In this document: positions 63,665 to 64,000 of the stretch, one piece after another
Layout of the letters: every line of letters begins with the position of its first letter
How positions within the stretch are numbered: the stretch's first letter is position 1
Position numbers and translations under genes: made by a program
Notes under the pieces: generated by a model
Seen by the model: the letters and a program-made list of their open reading frames with translations, nothing else
Told to the model about the DNA's origin: nothing
Database searches by the model: none
Origin: Mustelus asterias
Taxonomy: Eukaryota
DNA length: 64,000 nucleotides
Direction of reading: 5' to 3'
Assembly (NCBI RefSeq): GCF_964213995.1
Contig: NC_135830.1
Coordinates: 4,588,001 to 4,652,000, forward strand

Positions 63665-64000
63665 CGACAACACAACACACACATGACAGACACAAACACA
63701 CATAAATACACACATACAAAAACAGAAATACAGACAAAGAAATATACACAAAGAAAAACACAAACATGCACAAACATTGCACACATAAACAGACACACGA
63801 AAGCGAGCACATGCATACTAACACGCACAAATATTTATACAAACAAATATTGGCATACACACAAATACTCTAACAAAGAAATACGCAGATACATAAGCCT
63901 ATACAAAACAAGTACAAAAATAAACATATATATCCATGTAAATATGCGAATAAACGCACAATTTCACACAAGTGCAAACTCGTGTACACACAATCACACA
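63665..64000. repeat. Degenerate (CA)n-rich tract
   Basis: Visible dinucleotide runs. Confidence 0.85.

Overview
Eukaryotic genomic DNA, almost certainly from a cartilaginous fish (shark), judged from the repeat families and the Ig/TCR sequences. Much of the window is retroelement: many CR1-clade LINE fragments, one near full-length CR1 copy with ORF1 and ORF2 (about 40.5-44.85 kb), Rex1-type LINE fragments, HE1/V-SINE-type SINEs, Penelope remnants and microsatellites. The host content is a cluster of four two-exon GPR139/GPR142-like rhodopsin GPCRs. One is cut by the window edge, two look intact, and one is frameshifted with no first exon that I could find. They are interleaved with antigen-receptor relics. 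The first is a leaderless TCR V-delta pseudogene with an extra CDR1 cysteine (NAR-TCR supporting type), split into three pieces by LINEs and followed by a tandemly duplicated RSS. The second is an orphan IgM heavy-chain C-mu4/secretory exon with a premature stop and a mutated membrane splice donor. The V relic is bracketed by two inverted copies of an unidentified 108-111 nt exon, and one copy has a candidate leader exon. Most short ORFs in the track are LINE fragments or their antisense shadows. Family names come from motif recognition only; no database search was run.
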